Shown here one piece after another: positions 28,100-36,502 of a stretch of 64,000 nt of DNA. Under the pieces are notes generated by a model. That model worked only from the letters and a program-made list of their open reading frames with translations. It did not search any database and had not been told where the DNA came from. The DNA lies in NCBI GenBank assembly GCA_965217115.1, contig OZ244239.1, forward strand, positions 2,106,532 through 2,170,531. The letters run 5' to 3'. Made by a program: the position numbers and the translations under genes. This DNA is from Bdellovibrionales bacterium (GTDB lineage Bacteria; Bdellovibrionota; Bdellovibrionia; Bdellovibrionales; CAYMLA01). Each line of letters opens with the position of its first letter. Positions within the stretch are counted from its first letter, which is position 1.

Positions 28100-29770
28100 T
28101 CAGATGCTCCAAATTTCATTATAGGCTTTTTCCGACAAGTACTTAGTTCTCTCTAGAATCTTTTCTTTTGACCATTCGGGAGCCTCAAGAATATTTTTCT
28201 CGAAATGGGGATATTTGCTTACAAATATTTCTTTTTTATCAATAAAAGATTTATTCTTAAGTTCCTCGCTATTATCTTTAGCTGTAACAAAGACAAGATT
28301 TCCAATATTAGCTTTATCGTTCATAGGCAGATCATCAACACTCTGAGAAGCAATATGCTCAATTGTCATTAAACTGTAGTCTAGAGGTGTTCCTCTTCGA
28401 GAAGCTTCGTCAAATTTCCTCAAAATATATTGAATTATTTTTTTATCTTTAGTAAATTTATCTGAATATTTTAGATCAGCAAATGCAAGCTCAAACTCCT
28501 CATATGTTGGCTTATCCTGAGCTAACTTATTTTTAACATTATTTAAAACTGCGACCTTTTCTTGTTCATCTGGAGCGTGCCTTAGCTCTCTTGCTTTTTT
28601 AGCATAGTAAGATGAAAGACCACCTGAAGAACGCTGTGAGGTAACTGCATTGTGCATGAAGTGAAACTTTTCAATATAGTTAATGTATTTTTTTGCGTTT
28701 TTTAAGTTTATTTTTGTTGCATAATATTCAGCTAATATTGCAAGAACTATTGGCAATGGTTGTCTAACCTTAAAAACAGACAATGCTTCTAAGGATCTTT
28801 TTAAATTTTCTTCTTCATTAGTCCACTCCATATACGTTGGTTCATATATAGCTCTGTAATATTTAGACTCAATTAGCATTGCTTCTAAATGTTCTGATAC
28901 ATTTTCTGAATTGACGTTGTTTTTAAATTCTTTAAAAAGTTTCTTTTGTGTTGTGTATGTTTCTTTAGATAACCAGTAGTGGTAAATGAAAGTATTTATA
29001 TCAATATCTATTTTTGAGGTTTGAATATTCCCGAGCATTTCCTTCCACTTGTCACGTACTCGATCCAATGTTTCTGTTTCACTTCTTAAAAGTTTTGTAA
29101 TATGGTTTTTCACTAAGTCTGATGGCTGTAGATCTTTTCCACGCGTATTCAATGTTTCAAATATAATATACGCGTCATCTTCATTATCAAGTTCAATAAA
29201 TATTACTTTTAATCTAACAACCTGATCTCTTAAAGCCTTCAGATAATTAATTTTTTCTTTATCTGATTCAAAGTCATTAAGTTCACTACGAATTAAGCCT
29301 TTAAGAAGTTCAAAAGCATCTCTTAAAGCTTTTTCTTCATCTGTTATTGAGGTCATATTTTCATTATTATTAAAGCTTTGAATGCATTTATGAAAGTATG
29401 GATAAGACATTTCTGTCTGCAGAATAAACTGATCTTTATTATCCAGATCTTTTTTCATGATAAGTCGCTGAATGCCCTTCGCTAATTCTTCATTGTCTAA
29501 AATCTTTAAATGATCTCGAATCGCAGAGAATATTAAAGTTAAAGATGTTAATCTTTGCTGGCCGTCTACAATCCCAAATAAACTTTGTTGCTTTTTGAAA
29601 ACGACCATTGAACCAATGAAATATTCATTATCTGCTCTGTTCGTAATATCTGCCCAAAACTCTACTACATTATCTTTTTCCCAAGAGTATGGTCTTTGAA
29701 AGCGAGGTATTTGGTAAAAGCCACTTTCCAAAATTGATTTTATATCTTTATCTATGCTTGAAACTTTCAT
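28100..29770 (-). CDS. DUF262 + DUF1524 (HNH) protein, GmrSD/SspE-like
   Basis: IPRFQRPYSW, DGQQR, FETLNTRG, TIEHI...NIGNL; ATG 29770 preferred (just after the MTase stop). Confidence 0.9.
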   Translation of the reverse strand: MKVSSIDKDIKSILESGFYQIPRFQRPYSWEKDNVVEFWADITNRADNEYFIGSMVVFKKQQSLFGIVDGQQRLTSLTLIFSAIRDHLKILDNEELAKGIQRLIMKKDLDNKDQFILQTEMSYPYFHKCIQSFNNNENMTSITDEEKALRDAFELLKGLIRSELNDFESDKEKINYLKALRDQVVRLKVIFIELDNEDDAYIIFETLNTRGKDLQPSDLVKNHITKLLRSETETLDRVRDKWKEMLGNIQTSKIDIDINTFIYHYWLSKETYTTQKKLFKEFKNNVNSENVSEHLEAMLIESKYYRAIYEPTYMEWTNEEENLKRSLEALSVFKVRQPLPIVLAILAEYYATKINLKNAKKYINYIEKFHFMHNAVTSQRSSGGLSSYYAKKARELRHAPDEQEKVAVLNNVKNKLAQDKPTYEEFELAFADLKYSDKFTKDKKIIQYILRKFDEASRRGTPLDYSLMTIEHIASQSVDDLPMNDKANIGNLVFVTAKDNSEELKNKSFIDKKEIFVSKYPHFEKNILEAPEWSKEKILERTKYLSEKAYNEIWSI

Positions 29771-29777
29771 TGTTGAA

Positions 29778-30953
29778 TTAGCCCCCATACTCTTTTGGAA
29801 GTTCTTTCGTAAAATTAACTTGAAACTCATCTTTATTATAGTTAGGAATAAGCTTCAAATTTTTTGAGTTTACTTTGTCATCAAAAAACTGTTTTCTAAT
29901 TTCTTTACCAAGAAGTTCACCAATAGCAGAAGGGACAGCGTTTCCAATTTGCTTTTGAACATTAGAGTTCCCGCCTAATATTTCCACATCATCAGGAAAA
30001 GTTTGAATTCTGGCCATTTCTCTCATTGTGAGTCTTCTGTTATTCCAATGAAAAGGGCCGATAGCTGTTCCTGGTTGTGCTTGAATTGTCCAACTTGGTT
30101 TATCCGGGTGAAGTTTTAATAAGAAACTCCAATATCTTGAACGCCATTTAAAGAGTGGTTGTCCATTCCCCCTTTCGGTATGGAAAAGATAATTTTCTCC
30201 GGGAGGTATTGAAGGTAGCAATGCGCCCCATTTTCCTCCAACTTCTGATTCGTGATGAGTTTCCTCTTCTGGTACAAGATCACCAATTGCATCCCAAGCC
30301 GTTCTGAAAGTTTTGCCTCCAATTGCAAGCATTGGATTGTCATCATCTTTAGGAAAGAAACGAGCTTTTGGAAAATCAAATTCGTAACCATCTCTTGAAC
30401 CAATAATGAAAACACGTTCTCTGATCTGAGACACACCAAAATGAGCTGTGTTTATTACTTTCCATTTAAAAGTGTAATTTACATCATTTCGTTCATTGAT
30501 TTCTTTAATTGTATTTTCAAGGTAGCGAAGACCTTCATCTTTTCCCTTATAAGCAAGGCCAAAGACATTTTCTAATATAAAAGCATGAGGAAGAGTATCT
30601 TCTAAAACTCGCATATATTGATTAAGGGTATTTGATCTAGGGTCTTTCAATCTTTTAGCATCACCATCTCTCCAATACCCAGATTTTGAAAAAGGTTGGC
30701 ATGGTGGTCCACCAATTAAAAGTCCAGCGTCGCCTCTTTTAAGCTTGGCTGCTTCTAAAATAGTTGCACTATCTACATTTTCAATTCTATCTTCAATAAT
30801 AGGCCAGTTACGATTATGTCTTAATGTTTTACAACACCACTTATCCATTTCAACTGCAACAGCAGTATTAAAACCTGCAGCTTCAACTCCGTAGTCGAGT
30901 CCTCCTGCACCTGTATAAAGACTAATTACTTTCTTGAGATTTTTTTTACTCAT
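29778..30953 (-). CDS. DNA (cytosine-5)-methyltransferase
   Basis: SLYTGAGG, GGPPCQPFS, ENV, Q.RERVF, RIQTFPD, QIGNAVP. Confidence 0.95.
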   Translation of the reverse strand: MSKKNLKKVISLYTGAGGLDYGVEAAGFNTAVAVEMDKWCCKTLRHNRNWPIIEDRIENVDSATILEAAKLKRGDAGLLIGGPPCQPFSKSGYWRDGDAKRLKDPRSNTLNQYMRVLEDTLPHAFILENVFGLAYKGKDEGLRYLENTIKEINERNDVNYTFKWKVINTAHFGVSQIRERVFIIGSRDGYEFDFPKARFFPKDDDNPMLAIGGKTFRTAWDAIGDLVPEEETHHESEVGGKWGALLPSIPPGENYLFHTERGNGQPLFKWRSRYWSFLLKLHPDKPSWTIQAQPGTAIGPFHWNNRRLTMREMARIQTFPDDVEILGGNSNVQKQIGNAVPSAIGELLGKEIRKQFFDDKVNSKNLKLIPNYNKDEFQVNFTKELPKEYGG

Positions 30954-31032
30954 TAGTTGTACCTATTCCTTTAAAAATATTTTAACATTAAGTAAATTAT
31001 TGAAAACTAGTAAAATTGTGCGACGGAAATAA

Positions 31033-31047
31033 TGTATTGTCAATACA
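31033..31047. promoter_or_regulatory. Palindromic operator-like site (C-box-like)
   Basis: TGTATTG-T-CAATACA, 10 bp before the HTH ATG at 31058. Confidence 0.55.
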
Positions 31048-31057
31048 CGAGAATAAA

Positions 31058-31291
31058 ATGCTGAAATTTAATTTAAAAAATGCAATGCAAGCTTATGAGG
31101 CAAAGACGGGCCTTCACCTAACCTATGAAGAACTAGGGCAAATGACTAGCATTTCATCAGATACTTTGAAGTCTATCGCTACTCGGCCAGGCTACAACGC
31201 GACGCTCAAAATGATTTCAGATATTGCTTCTGTACTCAATATTGACCCAATAAAATATTTTGAATGGAAAATGGATAATAATGGCGAATAA
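31058..31291 (+). CDS. Small Cro/C1-type HTH protein (controller-protein-like)
   Basis: LTYEELGQMTSISSDTLKSIA HTH; divergent from the MTase and overlapping the downstream nuclease. Confidence 0.75.
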   Translation: MLKFNLKNAMQAYEAKTGLHLTYEELGQMTSISSDTLKSIATRPGYNATLKMISDIASVLNIDPIKYFEWKMDNNGE

Positions 31292-32147
31292 CAATATAAC
31301 ACTAGCAAAATTAACTGGATTATCAGAACAAGACCTTGCAGAAGTTTTTGCTAAAAATCCTCGCGCCTATATGGCTGTAAAGGGAGCTGTTGCTGAAAAG
31401 CACCTAGAGAAGCTTCTTCTAGAATATCAAGCAAACGGGAAGATTAAATGCTTTACGACGGCAAGTGGTGACTTCGATAAGGATTTCTATGTCATTCTTA
31501 ACGATGGTAAAAAAATATCACTAGAATGCAAAAATATTCAAGTTCTAAGCACATCAAACAAAACTCTAGTATCACAATATATTAACTTTCTAATTGATAA
31601 CAGTTACCTTGATGAGAGCTGGCTAAAAGGGACTATAAACAATTTAATTAAAAGTGGTGGTATTTTGCTTGAGCCAGACTCTAAAGACTCAATTGATTCT
31701 TTAGAGGATATATTTAAATTAATCCTAAGCCAAAAGACTAAAACGACAGACAAAGTATATAAATCATTCCCTCAAGACCTTCGTGAATCAGGTGTTCCTA
31801 GATATGAGTTTAGCTCTTTGCTAGTTAAAGAAAGTGACGCTCTTGTAAATGATATTGATACATTTATTACTCAGTTTGATGATCATCCGTTATCTATTGA
31901 TTTTCAAAGAACAAGAAATTCTACCGATGATGATGGTGATACCAAGAAACAAAGATTCTATTGTCTTGATGAGATAGATGTTGTTGGGGCCTGCCTCTTT
32001 TCAAGAACAATGAAGTGGCAATTTGTCTTTGGACACTCTAGACATTTCGCAATTCATAAAAAATACGAAGATCGCTATGCTAATAAGCTTCTTATTGAAC
32101 CTGGTAAATGGTCATCAGACTTAATCTCTTCTCTATCAATTAAATAG
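31281..32147 (+). CDS. Putative PD-(D/E)XK restriction endonuclease
   Basis: KGAVAEKHL...DKDF..........ECKN nuclease-like motif; context next to a C5-MTase and controller; ATG 31281 preferred. Confidence 0.6.
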   Translation: MANNNITLAKLTGLSEQDLAEVFAKNPRAYMAVKGAVAEKHLEKLLLEYQANGKIKCFTTASGDFDKDFYVILNDGKKISLECKNIQVLSTSNKTLVSQYINFLIDNSYLDESWLKGTINNLIKSGGILLEPDSKDSIDSLEDIFKLILSQKTKTTDKVYKSFPQDLRESGVPRYEFSSLLVKESDALVNDIDTFITQFDDHPLSIDFQRTRNSTDDDGDTKKQRFYCLDEIDVVGACLFSRTMKWQFVFGHSRHFAIHKKYEDRYANKLLIEPGKWSSDLISSLSIK

Positions 32148-32417
32148 GTTTCATAGATTCCCCTCCACTTAAGTACGAGAGGTGAATTTATGAAACAAAA
32201 TAAAATTAATGCAATATTGAAAATCAGACCCAACCTGCTTATGACCTTAGAAGTCTTGAGGTATTTGCTACTTATTTTCAATGCATTAGAGGTATATTTT
32301 TGGGACTTTAATCTAAAATTGAATTTTCTTATCATCCAAACCTTTGGAAGAAAAAAAATAGTAGAGGGCTTACCTATTAAGCATTTTTGTTTTAACTCAC
32401 CTCAGCCTTTAGTTCAG

Positions 32418-32444
32418 TTCAGTTTAATTAAGTTTAACCGATAT
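32418..32444 (+). promoter_or_regulatory. Putative sigma-28 promoter
   Basis: TTCAGTTT-N11-ACCGATAT upstream of 32478; the next gene has TCCGATAA at 33164-33171 with a weaker -35. Confidence 0.45.
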
Positions 32445-32477
32445 GCTTTACAAGGATAAAAATTCAAGGAGACATTC

Positions 32478-33029
32478 ATGAAAATTATAATACTCTTAAC
32501 TTTAAGTCTCAGCTTAATTTCTTGTGCTGGAACGAAATTGGAAACCTCTGTTACAAAAAATACTAACGCAAAAAGAGGTCCTTCTAGCCCGGAGAATGCA
32601 CCAGAGCTTGGTCGTACAAGTGTAATGCAAGGATCAAACATCTACAGTTATAGCCGACCTATAAATATGAACCCTATTATAGCTAATATCACTTCTAGCG
32701 ATGGGGGGCCAGTTCTTACGAGGTGGAGAATGCCAGAAAAAATTGATAGGGTTTGGACAGCAAAATTAGATTGGATGAAAATTAAAAAAAACGGACCTAG
32801 GTCCTTATTTAGAACTATCAAAATAACTGGAGCAGAAGAAATATCTCTAGTTTTAGATACTGGCATTATATATGCCAATATTAACCACAGGAGAGTAAAA
32901 ATTGGACAAACGACAAGCCATCTTTTTGGTAGAGGAGAGACTCATTTTGATCAAGGGTACATACTAACTTGGCCTGTAGAGGTTAAGGACAAAGAGGATC
33001 AATTAGTTTTTAGAGAGCCACTTTTTTAG
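32478..33029 (+). CDS. Hypothetical lipoprotein
   Basis: AAGGAG RBS; lipobox LISC. Confidence 0.78.
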   Translation: MKIIILLTLSLSLISCAGTKLETSVTKNTNAKRGPSSPENAPELGRTSVMQGSNIYSYSRPINMNPIIANITSSDGGPVLTRWRMPEKIDRVWTAKLDWMKIKKNGPRSLFRTIKITGAEEISLVLDTGIIYANINHRRVKIGQTTSHLFGRGETHFDQGYILTWPVEVKDKEDQLVFREPLF

Positions 33030-33070
33030 GACGAGTCATTTACTTTAAGTTAGCAGTTTAACCTAAAATG

Positions 33071-33128
33071 ACCAATGGGTCATAATCGCCGGGAAATAAG
33101 AGTGGGTCATAATCGCCGGGATATAACA
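33071..33128. repeat. Repeat block with two TGGGTCATAATCGCCGGGA units (second block at 33808-33866)
   Basis: Exact 19-bp units at 33076 and 33103; whole block duplicated after the next gene. Confidence 0.85.
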
Positions 33129-33218
33129 CTAGTCAAAAGGTTAGTTTGATTTAGTTTAAATAATCCGATAAACTCTTAGGAAGGTAGATACAATATAAAA
33201 AAATGTGAGGGCTTTACT

Positions 33219-33797
33219 ATGAAAATAATTATACTGTCTCTGTTAGGCTTAAGTTTTGTTGCCTGTTCGGGAGTAGGGAGCAAAACAGCATCTGTTACAC
33301 CGAAGAGAAACATAGCAAATACTGGCCTTGAAGAACACGTTTCGACACTACCAGAGAGTCCCCATAAAAGAAGCAAAAGTACTAAAATAGCCCTTGTTGA
33401 TTGTTATAGTGCTGGCAAAAAAACTGTTAAAATTGCCAAAAAATTTATTGCCATTGAAAGTCATACCTATAATAAAGACAATAGTTTTTCTGTAGATGGA
33501 TTCCCTTTTTTAATATCAAATATTCTTAAAAACGATGATGGTGTATTTCGCTCTAGAAACGGACGTACCTTATCTGCTGGAGCTTATTTGATGGCGACTA
33601 ATAAAAATATTAGGGTAAGATACATGTGTGGTTCAGGTAGTATAGAATGGTTTGGAGACATTGCGACCTTTTATAATAGGGCTAAAGGGTTTTATAGGGC
33701 TAGAGGAGGGTTTTATGGTGCAGATATGATGTTACTTGAAGACGATTTAATAAAACAAGGATTGACCAGGGAGAGTATTAAAGATTGGGATGATTAA
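33219..33797 (+). CDS. Hypothetical lipoprotein
   Basis: GAGG RBS; lipobox FVAC; N-terminus similar to the 32478 gene. Confidence 0.78.
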   Translation: MKIIILSLLGLSFVACSGVGSKTASVTPKRNIANTGLEEHVSTLPESPHKRSKSTKIALVDCYSAGKKTVKIAKKFIAIESHTYNKDNSFSVDGFPFLISNILKNDDGVFRSRNGRTLSAGAYLMATNKNIRVRYMCGSGSIEWFGDIATFYNRAKGFYRARGGFYGADMMLLEDDLIKQGLTRESIKDWDD

Positions 33798-34030
33798 ATC
33801 TCCTTTAACCAATGGGTCATAATCTCTGGAAAATAAAAGTGGGTCACATAATCGCCGGGATATAACAAAGAATGTCTGTCCCTAGATAAATAATCAGACC
33901 CTAGCCGACAAGGCTAGGAGATCCTCTTGTGTGTACACACTCGATAGTTTTATAATAACCCTCTAAAGAGCGCCGTTGTCTCTACATCGGCGCCGAGTTA
34001 ATATAGACGGTTTGAGATAAAATCATTAGC

Positions 34031-34840
34031 TTATTGAATATTGAAAAGGTCAATGCTTAAGCAAGCTAATTCCTCTGGTGTCGTTGTATCAATAACTCCA
34101 CTGACCTCTTGTACTGTGTTTAGCAGTATCGCTTTAATTTTTTTTAAATCTTTCTTTGAAACAGTTAAAGGTGCTGTGAAGAAGAGCTCTCTATTTGAAG
34201 CTTTTTCGAGTTTTTCAATAGCTTTTAAACGCCAGTTTATATGATGTCGATTTATTAAAATTGAGTCCCTGTCTAAGTGCGTTTTAGAAATACCTTGAGA
34301 TAATTTACCATCAACTTCAAGACATAACCCTGAGGAATTAAGAAATTTTAGAACCTTTGATAAATCTTTTTTGTTAATATTAAAAAGCTGTTCTATATCA
34401 TCAATAGAGCTTACCGTTTCAAGAGATGTTGCAAGCCATACGGCCATGAACCTCCAGTCAGAATAATATTGTGATTTCTGTTGTTCTGTTAACTCAACAG
34501 ATTTTTTAATTCTAGACTTTACTGTAAAATATTTATCTTTTATCTGTTGAAGAATTGATTGATAGTACTCTTTAAGTTCCACTGTTCCAGATCGGGAATG
34601 ATTTATAAGCACCATAAAGTAATCTCTATCATTTTCCGTTAGTCCAAAGTAGTCACATACCTTAAAAGCTTGCTCCACTGAAAACTCTTTAGAACCACTT
34701 AAGACTTGAGAGATTAAACTCGTATGGACATTTAAATACTTAGAGATGCGTAAAAACTCGCCTCGGCCATTTTTTGGCAGTGATGATATTCTATAGTTTA
34801 AATAATTTTTATAATTATCAAATTGGTATATAGAGTCCAT
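34031..34840 (-). CDS. TIGR02147 / DUF4423 family HTH regulator-like protein
   Basis: MDSIYQFDNYK, HTH VHTSLISQVL, YYSDW, HHINWR, CLSIDLF. Confidence 0.88.
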   Translation of the reverse strand: MDSIYQFDNYKNYLNYRISSLPKNGRGEFLRISKYLNVHTSLISQVLSGSKEFSVEQAFKVCDYFGLTENDRDYFMVLINHSRSGTVELKEYYQSILQQIKDKYFTVKSRIKKSVELTEQQKSQYYSDWRFMAVWLATSLETVSSIDDIEQLFNINKKDLSKVLKFLNSSGLCLEVDGKLSQGISKTHLDRDSILINRHHINWRLKAIEKLEKASNRELFFTAPLTVSKKDLKKIKAILLNTVQEVSGVIDTTTPEELACLSIDLFNIQ

Positions 34841-34999
34841 TTGCAAAGTTTACCATTTGGTATTCAAAAAGCAATATTAAATACGGAATAAATCTAATTT
34901 TTATGAAGCAAAGGTGTGATATTTACTTCAGCGGTAAGGCAGATTTTTTGACGTCTTACATAGATAATAGTATAAACATTTTACCTTGGGAGGCTAATA

Positions 35000-36010
35000 A
35001 TGAAGCTATTACTTTTATCATTTATTTTTCCTTTAATTTTAAACTCTTACGCATGGGCTGATGCTGGATCAATGGGTTCTGGCGGAGGAATGGTGGTTGA
35101 TTGTAATGGTTCAATTGAGCTTCTTGATGTTTTTGAAGCAAAGAAAAACATTAAACTCAAAATAATGCCTAGCTCAGAAAACACTCTTGATGACTACATT
35201 ACTATCTATGTGAATAAGGCGAGACTTCAAAACCAGCTAAATGCAGGCAATGAGGAGTGGTGGAAGCGTCATTTTCATGAAAAATTTTACAAGGTTAAAA
35301 AGCTAATTAACTGGCATACTAGTACAGAGGAGCTACCATCGACAGGTGATGTTGGGAAAACTTATGGTGTTCCTAATAATTGCACAATCAGACAGGTTGC
35401 TATCTTCACAGACAAAAAACATCATATGATCATCGACAAAAACCTATGGAATCGTATGAGCCATCTTTCTCGTGCAGCATTACTGGGGCATGAGGAATTT
35501 TATTTTTATCAAAGACAGCTTGGGGACACAACCTCGGAAAATACGCGTTCATATGTTGGACAGGTTATCGCAAATGCAGGTTCAATACCTGTATTAGATG
35601 GCAAAGATGAATATTCTTACTTTTGTAGAGCTAGGAATGGAAGTCTTCCCGTAATTGGAAAGACTGATTTTTACTTAAATATAAAAGAAGTCATTTGGGG
35701 AGATATGTTTCTTGGTTCGACACTTGAGTTTCAATTCACTCACTTACTTGGAAATGATCTCCTCGTTAGAAGTCGGGCTAGTATGGCTAAGTTGCCCGTT
35801 AAGTTAGATATTGATATTTATGGATTATCACTTAGGGAAGGTGAATCTGTAAAGAAGAGAGTTTATCTTGATACTGTTCATTCCCATTCTCACTCTCAAA
35901 GTCTCTATGTTGAATTTAAAATGATGAAAGGCCAACCTGCCGTGATAACTTTTTACAAAGGTGATGAAGAGCTTGGAACTGTTGATGTGAGAAACTGTTC
36001 TCACAGATAA
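35000..36010 (+). CDS. Secreted hypothetical protein divergent from TIGR02147
   Basis: GGAGG RBS; signal peptide; GSGGG.VV.C...ELLD; WNRMSHLSRAALLGHE. Confidence 0.82.
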   Translation: MKLLLLSFIFPLILNSYAWADAGSMGSGGGMVVDCNGSIELLDVFEAKKNIKLKIMPSSENTLDDYITIYVNKARLQNQLNAGNEEWWKRHFHEKFYKVKKLINWHTSTEELPSTGDVGKTYGVPNNCTIRQVAIFTDKKHHMIIDKNLWNRMSHLSRAALLGHEEFYFYQRQLGDTTSENTRSYVGQVIANAGSIPVLDGKDEYSYFCRARNGSLPVIGKTDFYLNIKEVIWGDMFLGSTLEFQFTHLLGNDLLVRSRASMAKLPVKLDIDIYGLSLREGESVKKRVYLDTVHSHSHSQSLYVEFKMMKGQPAVITFYKGDEELGTVDVRNCSHR

Positions 36011-36016
36011 AAAAAA

Positions 36017-36170
36017 TGGACTGCGCCCTTTAGATGGGATCGCTTTCCACCAAAGTTACAAAATAGGTCTATTAGCGGGTTTAATATCTAAAACATCTTT
36101 TTTTAAATTCACTCGGTGGACGATATCCAAGCGCCGAGTGAAGCCTTTTCTTTTGATAAAGCTACCTATA
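36017..36170 (-). mobile_element. IS3-family transposase 3' remnant with probable right inverted repeat
   Basis: Minus strand reads LYQKKRLHSALGYRPPSEF (IS3 OrfB C-terminal motif), preceded by a stop; ends in ...GGGCGCAGTCCA at 36017. Confidence 0.7.
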
Positions 36171-36288
36171 TCCATTGAGATTTCCTACGATGGGTCGAAC
36201 TTCTTCCTTTAAAATACTTGATACAAAGTGATCTTTGCCTTTAAGCCTCTTTTTTTAAAGAATTTCAAAAAATAAAGAAAATTTAAAC

Positions 36289-36365
36289 TGGAGCGGGTGA
36301 TGGGATTCGAACCCACGGCCTCAACCTTGGCAAGGTTGCGCTCTAGCCAGCTGAGCTACACCCGC
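36289..36365 (-). tRNA. tRNA-Gly (GCC)
   Basis: GCGGGTGTAGCTCAG...CAACCTT-GCC-AAGGTTG...GGTTCGAATCC...CCCGCTCCA; cloverleaf with encoded CCA. Confidence 0.97.
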
Positions 36366-36502
36366 AGATGGATAAAGAAAAAATAAAGGTACTTCATGGA
36401 CTGTGAGACTGTCAAATATTGTTTTAATGGCGGCGGGCGGGTGGGCGCGGGGGCAGGTGAGGTGAAGTGAGGTGAGATGAGGGACTATAGACTCTTGGGG
36501 GA

